A stretch of 63,328 bases of DNA, the filler included, from Octopus bimaculoides (lineage: Eukaryota), in the NCBI RefSeq assembly GCF_001194135.2. It is 7 parts of 7 records of this genome, joined end to end, with 100 filler letters (N's around TTAATTAATTAA, not from the genome) between each part and the next. Parts side by side here need not be neighbours in the genome. Positions count along the whole stretch, not along the records: positions 1 to 28,775 come from NC_068982.1; 6 more parts are not named here. One strand, 5' to 3'. Within the stretch, counting starts at the first letter, position 1, and the number at the start of each line of letters is the position of its first letter. Made by a program: the position numbers and the translations under genes. Below, piece after piece: positions 11,589 through 24,149 of this stretch. The notes under the pieces were generated by a model, which was not told the DNA's origin, did not search any database, and saw only the letters and a list, made by a program, of their open reading frames with translations.

Positions 11589-12379
11589 TCTACAACTTAA
11601 TTACCTGTTATAATTACAATGAAACATATAGTTGTCTACATTCCCTAAGTAATACCTGTATCGAAACATGAACACTTTCTGCTTATATCCACGTTTGATT
11701 AAATCTCAACCTTAGTTTTAATGTATAGGAATGTATTATACTCTAAAATTAATTGAAATACTGAGTTACTCCGCTCCAACTATAATCTGTTAGCCTAAAA
11801 AACGTTTTAACCCAGACACGTCCACATTAACACTTGTATTTCGGACTTTACTACTAAACTTGTAATTATTACTCAGACCTACCCACAACGTAATAACACT
11901 CCATAAATACTATCCTATACTAGTATATGTTTTAGTGAAGGATAATACAAAACTGCAGCCTGCAGAAATTCCTCTTGAGAGTAACTTTATTCATCTACAT
12001 ACCACAGGATGGGATACTATGGATTTTATTAACAGCTTAATTGAAGTCCACACCTTACCTTTCCTGACTATGTCTATTATACTATTTTATTTTTTCATAT
12101 TACTTTATTCTCCCCTACTCTATTTTTTAACTGACTTTCATACATGTTAGTTCCCTAACACTTCGACCCTCTGAAGAAGCCTAGGGGTACATCCATTATC
12201 CAAACCTTGTCTGTTCATGTCTATATATCACTGACGTGAAGGAGATAACTTGGAAGATGTTATAGCCACGTNNNNNNNNNNNNNNNNNNNNNNNNNNNNN
12301 NNNNNNNNNNNNNNNNNNNNNNNNNNNNNNNNNNNNNNNNNNNNNNNNNNNNNNNNNNNNNNNNNNNNNNNNNNNNNNN

Positions 12380-12680
12380 TTTATATATATTTTTATACCA
12401 AAAATTAGGCAAAAATATTGTATCTGTTAACAAACGTAGCAAAAAACTCACAAGTGAGTTTTTGTATTTATATCGATTTAAATGAGAGCTCAAAACTGAT
12501 ACATTGAAAAAACTTTATTATAATAATGATAATATTATTATAATAAAGTCTTTTCAATGGATCAGTTTTGAGCTCTCATTTAAATCGATATAAATACAAA
12601 AACTCACTTGTGAGTTTTTTGCTACGTTTGTTAACAGATACAATATTTTTGCCTAATTTTTGGTATAAAAATATATATAA
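12380..12680. repeat. near-perfect ~300-bp palindrome
   Basis: Arms 12380-12527 and 12534-12680, 6-nt loop, two mismatches seen; left arm abuts an N gap. Confidence 0.95.
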
Positions 12681-12795
12681 ATACATATATATTTATATAT
12701 ATATACACATATAAACATATATATATATGTATATATACATATATTAATGTATATATACATATATATACATATATTTATGTATATATACATATATA

Positions 12796-13350
12796 TGCCT
12801 TCAACAACATACTCCACAGCACAGCTCTACTCAAGAAAGACCCAAAAAATTAACCAAATCCTCAAAACACATACAATCATCAAAAGTAAGAGGCAACCAA
12901 AATCAATGAAAAAGATTTTAACCCAGGCCAAATTACACTCAACAATAACCACTAAACCTACAGTAAAAAATGCGGGAGACCCAACTGTGGGATTTGTATC
13001 AACGTAATAGAAGGATCAGAACATCGATTAGAACAAGACCATAATTTCACAGTAAAAACTAATTTTACATGTGCATCGGAGAACTTGATCTACCTAATTA
13101 CATGCTCTGGATGCAAACGGCAATATATTGGACACACTAAGAACAGCCTACGTCAGAGGATGGCGGTACACAAATCCCAAATTAGGATCCCAGAAAACAA
13201 GAAAACACCTCTCAGCCAGCACATCGACGAATGTGCTTACAACAAATTTCCCAAATTCACGTTTCCTCCATACAAATTCAAAGCCAAAATAAACGCATTA
13301 GCAAAGAAATATTTTTTATAAGAAAATACCGACCAAGTCTAAATTCTCTA
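12796..13350 (+). mobile_element. Penelope-like (Neptune-type) linker Zn-finger + GIY-YIG fragment, frameshifted
   Basis: RQPKSMKKILTQAKL, KKCGRPNCGICINV, NFTCASENLIYLITCSGCKRQYIGHTKNSLRQRMAVHKSQI. Confidence 0.85.
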
Positions 13351-13491
13351 AACTAGCAACACTGAGACTTTCATATATATTTTAAAATTTTTATATGTAG
13401 ATTTGCAAGTTATTCATAAGAAATAAACAAAGGGGATCGAAGAACCCGATTTCTATTAAAACCATAGGGGAACAACTTCACCACGACGACT

Positions 13492-13540
<49 letters not shown>

Positions 13541-13796
13541 TTGTTATTATCATGACTGGTGCTAGTTATTCGACAGCTACAACCACTCCTAGAATTCTTG
13601 ACCACTATTTAATTTACTAAAACAGATAGTAGTAATCTACTAACACAACAAGTTGGAATTACCATGTCTTCAGTACTCAAGGAAAGGACCACGTGCGCAT
13701 GCAAGAAATAACAGTAAACTATGAATGTCATTCTTAATTTTAATTTCAATTTTATTTTATTAATAGCCCTTTTCTCTTCTCACATATTTTATATTC

Positions 13797-13837
13797 ATTT
13801 TTGATAAGGTTTTTCAAAAAAACCGAAACATGTAAAT
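13797..13837 (+). ncRNA. degenerate hammerhead-like motif downstream of the PLE ORF
   Basis: UUGAUAA-GGUUUUU caa AAAAACC-GAA-ACAUGU-A; two core substitutions and a weak stem I. Confidence 0.4.
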
Positions 13838-14676
13838 TAATTAAAACGCCCCAAAAATGTTTTTAAAAAGTGGCATTTTCATTTTTATTCATTTTCAATA
13901 CATATATATGTATATAGATATATGTATATATACGTATATGCATGTATAGATATATATATATACATATAAGTATATATATATGTAAATATACATAGATATA
14001 TATTCATATATACGTATATGTATATACATATATATACACATGCATATATTCATATAAATATACATATATATGTATATATACATCTATATATATATATACA
14101 CATATATACATATATATATATACGTATATATATATAATAAATAAGTAGCAAGTCTAGAATAATATGGAAAGAGAAAATATTAAAGATACATAATATATCC
14201 ATACATCCCTTAAGAAAATTTATTTCAAGCCTTTAAGGTAAAAAAATAAAATAATGATAAACTTTTACACAGGAACGAATTTTGAATATTTAAAATGTTC
14301 AGACACACCGCGTTCCGTTTGAGAAATCGGAACTAAATATTCACTAAAACATGCTTAAGGGGATAAAGGTATTATTAAGAAAATAAACATTATGTAAGAG
14401 GAAATACTTATATATAAATAAATATATTGGAAATAAAATAAATTACAATGAATTACGTTAAATGCCTTCATGCATAGCATGATGTAGGGATGTAGGGATG
14501 TAGTGAAAAAATATATATGAAGACAGCAAAGCCGGAACAAATTTAAACGGAGGCATATCTGAAAATGTAATCAGAGGTAATGATAATTTATTTGAGTATT
14601 TAAGCAGTGAATCAAGAATCAACTTCATATGCTATTAACTTGGCACATTTTATTACTAAATAAAATATAATATAAA

Positions 14677-15245
14677 ACCCTCGTATCTTTTTGATCAGCT
14701 GAAAGCGGTTTCGGCACAAACTTGGCAGACACACGTCTCATACCCAAATCTTCAGTGATAATGGACTGAACTAAACCGTAACTAATCTGCACATACTTTG
14801 ATAACTCACGGATGCTGATTCGACGAGTTCCCCTCACAGCTGTGCGCACATCTGCGATGTTTTTTCTCAATTCTGCTGGTTGCTAGCCTCCCAGAACGTT
14901 CGTCAATATCACACATTTTTTTAGGCCATCTTGGAAACGTCTGAACCACTCCTACACTTGTGTGCGGCTCATAGACTCCTCTCCATACACTTTCTGCAAC
15001 TTTGCTTAGCCGTCTGAGCAGGTACCGCCATGACAACTTTCTTTGTCATGGTCAATGCGACGATCACAAGCTACACACCTTCCTTCCGAGCACTGCAGTA
15101 AACAGCAGAAGTGAGCTAGAACGTTAAAACTTAATGCACATGCACAGTAGAGCTCAAGGTCAATCTTTGCCAATCAGCTTTACTCTGCGTGTTTTAGCTT
15201 CGTTACTATTGCAACAGTCCGGATACCTATTTATCAGATCTCGTA
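14677..15245 (-). mobile_element. mariner 5' part (TIR + HTH transposase N-terminus)
   Basis: TIR 15215-15243 followed by TA. Reads RTQVYEWFRRFQDG..KNIADVRTAVRGTRRISIRELS..EDLGMRRVSAKFVPKPLSADQK. Confidence 0.85.
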
Positions 15246-16699
15246 TAAATGCATAAAGTGATGTTTTATTATTTCTTTGTGCGTGTGTATTCTGCTGTGT
15301 TTTATTTTAACACTGCTGTTATCTATTTTGGTTAGTGACTAATGTTTGTTTTACTGATAAGTCTATTTAGCTGACATTCATAATTTCACAATATCAAGAA
15401 AGGTATATGACACCACTCCTTTAATTTCTTATACTGGTTTATTTTTCGCCTACGTAGCATGTAATCATTTTAATCTAAAGATTTTACATTAAATGTGCAG
15501 AAATTATATATCTATACGTAACAGCAAAATTGTGATATGGTTTCAATAACATCAACACCAGATTATACAATAAAGAGGCTTGTTGAGATCTATTCATCGC
15601 TTTACACCAGGTCTCTCTATTATTGTTAAGGCTGGGTTTAGAAAAGAAATCGATATCACCTGTATCGGAAATGTTTATCGAAGAAATGACTTTCTTGCTT
15701 TTTGGAGCCTTTGGGAAGTTTTTAATTCGAAACTGAAGACCGAAGTAAATATTCATTAGATCACATTTCAATATCTTTGGTTTTGCTATTTTTGAGAATG
15801 TTTTATCTGCATTGCTCTTTGCTGCATAACATACTGATTGTTCAGACACACGCAGTTACATGCACGCGTATATCTCTGAGTGTGAGTGTACAAGGCCGTA
15901 GGAAATGGGTGACTACATTCCTGAATTTAGGCAAAATGAGTTTATAAATGGAAAGAAAAAATAAAAATGATTTGCGAGTTAACAAAAAAATACAAATCAA
16001 TTGCTTAACTGCTGATTAAATATCGTAAAATAACCTTGATAACCAACCTTTTTATTAATACTAGTTAACTATCTTCTTCCACCCTGGCCTCATTTTTGCT
16101 TATTACAAAAAAGCTCGAAGGTTTCAAATTTTTTTATCGTTAGTTTCCGTTTGTAAAAATGCGTGCTAACGATTCTGCCAGCTCGCCGCCTTGTGGACCT
16201 ATTATTAATGTCGGTAACCACTGTGTTGGTTTATTCAGCGCATGTTCCTTTCTTGTCAGATTGAATCTCATCATGGAAAAACACATGTAAATACTTTTAT
16301 TGTCAAATCGTATCAAATGTATAGAATGCTTCAAGCAAATAGACTCAGTTGTAACGAAACAAACATGTTAGAACTGTTCATGCCGGTTAGATTGTGGCTT
16401 TTACTTCAGCGCCCCAGCTCTAGCAACAACCACAGTGCTTTTTCGAAGAAATGCATCCAGCTACGCTAAAATTAATAGAAAAGCAGAAATACTGGTAATG
16501 GTAGGAACCACAGAAATTTGAAACTATCAACAAGAACGGTTCTGTTGATAGGGGCGATCAGGATACGCAATATTTGTTTCTTCCCAAATCTGAAAATATT
16601 TCAAGTCGCAAAAATGACGATGAAATGAATGCGATCCGTGGATCTCCACTAGTTTGACTTCCTCGACAGGATATCAATGGAATTACGAGAACGCTGTGA

Positions 16700-18200
16700 C
16701 AGTTGGTAAGGATTCTAGTTTAAGATGTTTCAAGTGTGAATGGTTTAAACATCATCTGTGCTTATGTCCTGATGAATGTCATATGTGTTACCTTGGCTAA
16801 ATACTTATAGTTAATAGCACCATTTAAAAACTGGTAAAACACAAACTGATTCACAATTGGCCATGATGAAAAGGAAAAAATTATCTAATGAATTACCAAT
16901 ATTAGGGCAACTAGATACACAAGCAGCAGGGAACTGATATTACCTGTTAAGAATATTTATCTTAATACTATCTTTAATGGATAAAAAGGAAGAAAACAGT
17001 TCAAAGTGGCCATGTAAAGTACCACAGTAACTCAGAGTTTCTGATATCAACTGTGATAATATTTTTGAAATTAGTATATCTTTAATTGAAACGTTTTCCT
17101 TCTATAGTAGAAAAACCTAGGTTCATTGAAATCAGGAAGATTTTCATATGATTTTATACAACGCTTTCGAGTGAAGAGGCCGTTCTCTGAAAAAAAAATT
17201 AGCTATGTGCTCAGAAAAATGGATATGAAAATTGTTAAAATTGCTAGAAAATGTTTTTGATGGTACAGGAAGCTCAAGAGGTGTTCATAGTGCTTTCGCA
17301 GCACGAAAGATGAATATTTTCTGTGAGTTATCTATGTCTAGTGATGAGGACACCTCTCAAATCTTGCTATAGCTATCATGCAAATACCAAGTATCTTACA
17401 ATAAGAGGTACTAAACACTCCACAATTTCTGGGGACTACGCCGAGCCCCTACATCTTTCTAGCAATATACATTCTTTGAAATCATGATAATGAAGAATGA
17501 GCAATCTCAAAGTGTAAGAATATGGTCTTATCGGTATGAAGAAGTAAACGCCATCGTGGAATGATTAATTCATATTGTACAAATGTTTCTTCACTTGAAA
17601 AAGATCAAAACACCAAAACAAGTATGATTTGCATTGCGTTATTCAATGCAACATGAGATGTTGACTGCTTAATTGGAATGATTATACAGAAAATTAATAC
17701 TGTCAAAGATAAATCACCCCAGCCAATACCTCCAGAAAAATATTGTCTATGTTATATATACTATAGGAGCTACAGTAGTATCTAAAGCAACCAAAAAATT
17801 TCTTCCTAACTTCGGAAGCGCATGAAAAAGTTCGTTCAGTTTTCTTATCATCGATTCTGAAGCCACAGATATCTCAAGTAATCATTATAAACTTGTATCA
17901 TATTGCGGTGTTGATACAGTTTCCTTATAGACATGAAAATCAATCTACATAATGTAAGTTACAAACAATTTGCATTCCTCAGGCTCACATGACAACTGCA
18001 ATTGGTGTTTTTAAAACTATTTACAACAGATAAATGAATACTTCTTGGTGTAATGCCAGTGTTCAATCAAATAACTGGTATTTCGGCAATCATGACAGCT
18101 ACCTCATTTTCTGTAAAGAAATACTTCAGCTACCCCAAACATATAAAAACATATTTGAGGTATACAATGACAATATATATTCAGTGACAATATATCAACA
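16700..18200 (+). mobile_element. highly decayed hAT (ZMYM1-like) transposase
   Basis: FDGTGSSRGVHSA near 17255 (YDGA motif) and HIKTYLRYTMT at 18140-18172 (hAT dimerisation KTYLRSTM motif); many stops. Confidence 0.55.
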
Positions 18201-18345
18201 TGTCTTCTGGCCAAAATGGTCACCAACTAATTAACATTTTGGCTGCTAATGAACCAAAAAATAAAATTTCTTTTAAGCTGCGTATTGTGAGATTTATGAT
18301 GAGTCAGTTGTTTTGTAGTGTTTTGTAAAATTTCAGGCGCCCCTT

Positions 18346-18544
18346 AAACCCCTAACCCTAAACCCTAACCCTAAAACCTTAACCCTAACCGTAACCCTAA
18401 AACCCCAACCCTAACCCTAACTCTAAAACCCTAACCCTAAAACCCTAACCCTAACACTAAAACCCTAACTCTAAATCCTAACCCTAAAACCCTAACCCTA
18501 ACCCTAACTCTAAAACCCTAACCCTAAAACCCTAAAGCTAAAAC
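18346..18544 (+). repeat. interstitial telomere-like (CCCTAA/CCCTAAAA)n array
   Basis: About 200 bp of CCCTAA units interleaved with CCCTAAAA variants. Confidence 0.9.
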
Positions 18545-18648
18545 CAGTACAAACGCACGAACGATGTCATAAATAACAGTGACAAACGAAATATACACCA
18601 CCGATAGTTGTTGAAAAACAACAGTAATAATGTTATTCAGCTAAAAAT

Positions 18649-18858
18649 AGGCGGCGAGCTGGCAGAAACGTTAGCACGCCGGGCGAAATGCTTAGCGGTA
18701 TTTCGTCTGCCGCTACGTTCTGAGTTCAAATTCCGCCGAGGTCGACTTTACCTTTCATCCTTTCGGGGTCGATTAAATAAGTACCAGTTACGCACTGGGG
18801 TCGATCTAATTGACTTAATCTGTTTGTTTGTTTTCCTGTCTTTGTTTGTCCCCTCTGT
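18649..18858 (+). mobile_element. SINE family A
   Basis: GGCGGCGAGCTGGCAGAAACGTTAGC, B box GTTCAAATTC, conserved CCTTTCATCCTTTCGGGGTCGAT..AAGTACCAG core (resembles the MetaSINE domain, from memory). Confidence 0.9.
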
Positions 18859-20781
18859 GAGTAGTAATGAAATAACACATCATTGATTGGTTGAAATTAC
18901 CGAAATACGACTACTTTTAACACGAAATAACTTGGCAAATATAAACTTTTCTCAACACTAAGAGTAAAAGATGTTTTATATGACACATTCTACCAGTGTC
19001 CGAAATTTGAAAGTGTTTAGTTGCAACAAATTAATTTCTCGGTCTGCCGTTCAAAGGGAAAAGGTCTGTAAGGGACGACCGTGCGAACTCATAAAAGGAG
19101 ATATGGTGACGAATGGAAGAACAGAGGACTCCTTTTATTTAAACGTGTCACACGGTCGAACATACAAATATATATATCAATGGATGATATACATAATATG
19201 TTATACGACGATAACATAGATGACCAGTAATGAAAGACCACAACCGTATTAGATGAATAACAGATATATTTATTGTAGCGTTAAAGATGTATGTCTGTGT
19301 GAGAGTGTGAATGCGACATATAAGAACATAATCAAAGACAGGCCGTCATACAAAGAAAAGTGTGTATGTGAGTGATACATGTGTGTATGAGTGTTTACAG
19401 CAGATAGAANNNNNNNNNNNNNNNNNNNNNNNNNNNNNNNNNNNNNNNNNNNNNNNNNNNNNNNNNNNNNNNNNNNNNNNNNNNNNNNNNNNNNNNNNNN
19501 NNNNNNNNNNNNNNNNNNNNNNNNNNNNNNNNNNNNNNNNNNNNNNNNNNNNNNNNNNNNNNNNNNNNNNNNNNNNNNNNNNNNNNNNNNNNNNNNNNNN
19601 NNNNNNNNNNNNNNNNNNNNNNNNNNNNNNNNNNNNNNNNNNNNNNNNNNNNNNNNNNNNNNNNNNNNNNNNNNNNNNNNNNNNNNNNNNNNNNNNNNNN
19701 NNNNNNNNNNNNNNNNNNNNNNNNNNNNNNNNNNNNNNNNNNNNNNNNNNNNNNNNNNNNNNNNNNNNNNNNNNNNNNNNNNNNNNNNNNNNNNNNNNNN
19801 NNNNNNNNNNNNNNNNNNNNNNNNNNNNNNNNNNNNNNNNNNNNNNNNNNNNNNNNNNNNNNNNNNNNNNNNNNNNNNNNNNNNNNNNNNNNNNNNNNNN
19901 NNNNNNNNNNNNNNNNNNNNNNNNNNNNNNNNNNNNNNNNNNNNNNNNNNNNNNNNNNNNNNGAAGCTGCTGAAGTGGTCGCTGGCTGCTGCTGCTGTCG
20001 TGTGGTACACGGAACAGTTCTCAAAGAGAAACTGGACCGAGACAAATTATTGGGTATGAGTTAAAGCTATTTATAACAAACTATGGGCTCCCGAAGGCTT
20101 CAGAATTTTACTCTATCACGTGACCTTATTAGGGGCCGTGATTGATCAGTTTGCGTTCTGGCGGGAACGGTTCGAAGAAGTTACCGATTCGAATAATGAT
20201 CAGTCACGTGATGGACAAGGAATGGGTTCTCTACTACGCTCGCATTTATTTATATTTAAATGAGAAGATTGTATGTAATGGCGATAGTAGTTTGTATCTA
20301 ATGGCGGGAGGTAGTTTCACTACAGGTCCAAATATGTAATATACTAACACACAGAAAAATTAAAACAAAACACGCGGGTAAAAAGAATCTCTTGGTGTGA
20401 AGAATTAAGTTTGAAAAATCAACATAGATAACAGCGGCACAGACAACAGTGGACTACAACGCAGCGTGTGATTGTCATGGTAACAAGCTGCTAATGCTAC
20501 AGTCTGTTGATTGCCTAAAATTACCCAAGGGGCTCATTTTGCGAATGAGAAAGACTACATCCATACACACACACACACACAGAGTTTAGAAATATTTCAG
20601 CTATAAATTTATTTGATCTAATTTGAATTTAATTAACTGAACGTATATTACAGTATTCTTCAACGTCTGGGGACTAGTGAATTATTAATGTATATTTCGA
20701 AAAAATTGTTACGGAGCCATTTAAAGTATGGTAGAGAATATATAATGAGGAATTGCATAAAGTTAATAAATATATACTTAC

Positions 20782-20827
20782 TGTATTCCATATTTGTGAA
20801 GAGAAGCTGCTGCGTGAAGTTATTTAT
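20782..20827 (-). CDS. candidate start-codon exon (5'UTR + ATG GAA TAC A) for the 3044-3237 exon
   Basis: Acceptor TTCATTCTTTTATAG|, ACAAAT-ATG-G context, donor |GTAAGT. Phase 1 matches, giving MEYNNSNTEKPK...; both exons are on the same scaffold piece. Confidence 0.35.
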
Positions 20828-22230
20828 CTATAAAAGAATGAATTGGTGAACGCCGACAAAATTAGTGATTCTACTTGACTTGCGCGTGAAAATATAGCTA
20901 TTCGACTGGTTGTGGACTTTGGACAGTGTAAACAATAAGTTATATCAGTGACGTAATAAGTCAAGTTCCTAATGTGGGAAGGATACCTGATTGAAGTTGA
21001 TATTATTTTGGGCACTATCACGCTATTAGATGTCAGAAGTGAAAGTAGTCGCTGNNNNNNNNNNNNNNNNNNNNNNNNNNNNNNNNNNNNNNNNNNNNNN
21101 NNNNNNNNNNNNNNNNNNNNNNNNNNNNNNNNNNNNNNNNNNNNNNNNNNNNNNAACAGATAAAAGCCAGTGGTATATATATATATATGTGTGTGTGTGT
21201 GTATGTATGTATGTATGAATGTGAGTACGTATGCCTGTATGTGTATGTTTGTATGTATGTATAAGTATACATTCCCACCTTTCATCACCATTGCTTCTTT
21301 TTCTTTTCTGTTGAAGTTGTTATTTTCATTGTTTTGGATTTCTTTCATTTTGTTCTTTTATTTCCCTAGGGAATTCCTTGACAAGCTTCTTTCATTTACT
21401 TTTTTCGGTTCTTTTAAATTTATTTACGGTTCATCCCCGTATATTTTTTCCTCGTCTGGCTTGAAATTTTCAATCAACAATTTAATCAAAGTAACTAGAT
21501 GGCTCATCCATGTACTTTGATCTTAACATGGGTCCCCTCAAATGCGGAGACCCCCTGCGACCCTGGCCCTGGTGTTCACCAGCTATATAGGTTATGTATA
21601 TATACAAAAGTAATATGTTGTAATTATATGCAATTCATTTTCATGTTATATAATATAGAGAAATGAAGGTGGAAAACAAATATCTAATTATATAAATATA
21701 TAATTATATAAATTTAGAAAAAGTGTATTTATGTGCATGCAAACATTGCTAAACTTTTTCTGATTTATCGTTCAAGCGATTCTGCTTAGAGAACAGGATA
21801 TGATACGTTTCTTAGCTGGTGGTTTATAAGGTAGAGTATTATTTAGAACTTTTCATCTGATTTTATAAGTTTCCAAATAAATTCACTAAAGCTTGTGCTA
21901 CGTTTTTAATATTTCGAAATGAGGGTTTATGGTTCGCGATACGATATTTCATGTGACACGATGTTGCTCCAAGATAATTGAAATATTTACCTTCAGATTC
22001 AAATGTGGCTTGGTATACTAGGTTTTTGCGGTTACATGTTATTTGAAGATGGTATATGTCTAAAAAGTTTTTTAGTAATAGAAAATCCGATCCTTATTAA
22101 ATTATTATTAATTATGGTTCTATATTTACTAGAAGTGAAACGTTTGTCTATTATTGAACGGATTACTTTGAAAAGGTTTGTCTTTATCTGTCTTCCAAAA
22201 GGTAAGATAAGTCAAATTATATTATCATTA

Positions 22231-22279
<49 letters not shown>

Positions 22280-22384
22280 GTTTTTGTGGTGTTTATGGCT
22301 ATTATCAGGTATGTTTCATATGTGGTTTAAGTTTCTTACGTTTAAAGCATTTATTAGTTTTGTAGTTAGATACTGTATGCTAGA

Positions 22385-22890
22385 GATTATTATTATTTAT
22401 TATTATTGTGTTTTTTTTCTTCTTTCTTCAAATTTTCTTCCATTTCTCGCCGAGTGTTTTCTGTACACCAAGGGCAGAGAAGCTCATTGTATACATTCCC
22501 ACACAAATTCACAGGTAAAATATGTATTTAAAAAAAAAATTAATAAATAGATAAATTCATGAATGGATGTTGTTTTCACAGCGATAATGCTCTTCTCAGT
22601 ACATGAGTCGTTCCAGTTAACACGATATTTTGCACTTCCTGTAGGGATGGTAAGCCTGGTATCATTTTCAAATAGGTTTCAGTACCCTTTTTTTATCATT
22701 CCTAGAGATTCTACAATCACTGGTACGGTAGTCGCCTTGAGATGCCACATTATTTCAATTTCTAATGGCACACTAAAATTAGGTAGTCTATAGTTTCAAT
22801 CTCATCGTTGCCGAATCGGCATTTTGGGTCAACTCCATTTTTTATCACATTGGCTGAGCAGCCAATATGAAAACCTTCACTCTCTGGTTG
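22385..22890 (-). mobile_element. R4/Dong-type LINE 3' remnant with internal deletions
   Basis: ESEGF..NVIKNGVDPKCRFGNDEIETIDYLILVC (Zn knuckle), then LEIEIMWHLKATTVPVIVESLGMIKKG..LQEVQNIVLTGTTHVLRRALSL*, 3'UTR and (TAA)n. Confidence 0.8.
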
Positions 22891-23402
22891 AAGGAGAGGT
22901 TTTCTTCTAGCTACTCGTCCATGATACCCAAGCTTATGCAGATATGTAACACAAGTTCTTGGACTAACTTCTAGTTGTTTTACAATGTCAGAAACCTTCG
23001 AACGGGGTTCGTTTTCCACAATTCTCTTCAAACAGCGAAGCTTCCTTTCCGAGGTCCCAAGTCGGCCGGGACGAGAATCTGTTGATTCTTTTCTTTGGCT
23101 TTTGAATTGCACTATAATTCTATTAACAGTAGCAAGAGGAATTTCAAGATTTTCGGCAATTTTTCGCTGCCTAAGACCAGCCTCAGATTGCCCAACAATA
23201 CGACCTCTTTGAAAATCTGACAGTTCTGCTGAATTTTTTGTGCGTGGCACAGTTACTTTTCACAACTGTTTAATATAATGGCACCTGGAATGAAATAGAA
23301 TAATTACATTGAAAATTCTACACCGCTGAAGACATATTAAGACGCTTAGATCAGAAATTTTGAAAATTAGAGGTGTCTATTTACTTCCTGCATGTCTGTG
23401 TA
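22886..23402 (-). mobile_element. Tc1 5' part (TIR + HTH transposase N-terminus)
   Basis: MPRTKNSAELSDFQRGRIVG..RPGR..LHKLGYHGRVARRKPLL; putative terminus TA|CACAGACATGCAGGAAG at 23400. Confidence 0.85.
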
Positions 23403-24149
23403 TATACAAATACATAGGCAGACAGATATACACGCATGTAGATACAAGTACACACACTCATATACACACGTACGTTATATATATTTATACACATATATAT
23501 ATTTATACACAAATATGTGTATATGTGTTTATATGTATATGTGTGTANNNNNNNNNNNNNNNNNNNNNNNNNNNNNNNNNNNNNNNNNNNNNNNNNNNNN
23601 NNNNNNNNNNNNNNNNNNNNNNNNNNNNNNNNNNNNNNNNNNNNNNNNNNNNNNNNNNNNNNNNNNNNNNNNNNNNNNNNNNNNNNNNNNNNNNNNNNNN
23701 NNNNNNNNNNNNNNNNNNNNNNNNNNNNNNNNNNNNNNNNNNNNNNNNNNNNNNNNNNNNNNNNNNNNNNNNNNNNNNNNNNNNNNNNNNNNNNNNNNNN
23801 NNNNNNNNNNNNNNNNNNNNNNNNNNNNNNNNNNNNNNNNNNNNNNNNNNNNNNNNNNNNNNNNNNNNNNNNNNNNNNNNNNNNNNNNNNNNNNNNNNNN
23901 NNNNNNNNNNNNNNNNNNNNNNNNNNNNNNNNNNNNNNNNNNNNNNNNNNNNNNNNNNNNNNNNNNNNNNNNNNNNNNNNNNNNNNNNNNNNNNNNNNNN
24001 NNNNNNNNNNNNNNNNNNNNNNNNNNNNNNNNNNNNNNNNNNNNNNNNNNNNNNNNGTGTGTGTGTGTGTGTGGTGTGTGTGTGTGTGTGTGTGTATATG
24101 TATATATCTGTTACAGTCTGTCAGATACCGGCCATGATGAAATACCACA

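Larger units (their letters stand above)
8480..12080. repeat. large interrupted inverted repeat (fold-back)
   Basis: Paired reverse-complement blocks: 8490-8604/11952-12075, 9273-9522/11720-11951, 9545-9590/10810-10855, 10200-10306/10375-10399+10682-10775. Confidence 0.85.

Noticed and set aside
15484-15849. 121-aa ORF MSEQSVC...
   Set aside because: No recognisable motif or convincing splice signals; the length is compatible with chance.
20136-20210. Imperfect hairpin GTGATTGATCA...TGATCAGTCAC
   Set aside because: Short, single-copy and unassignable.
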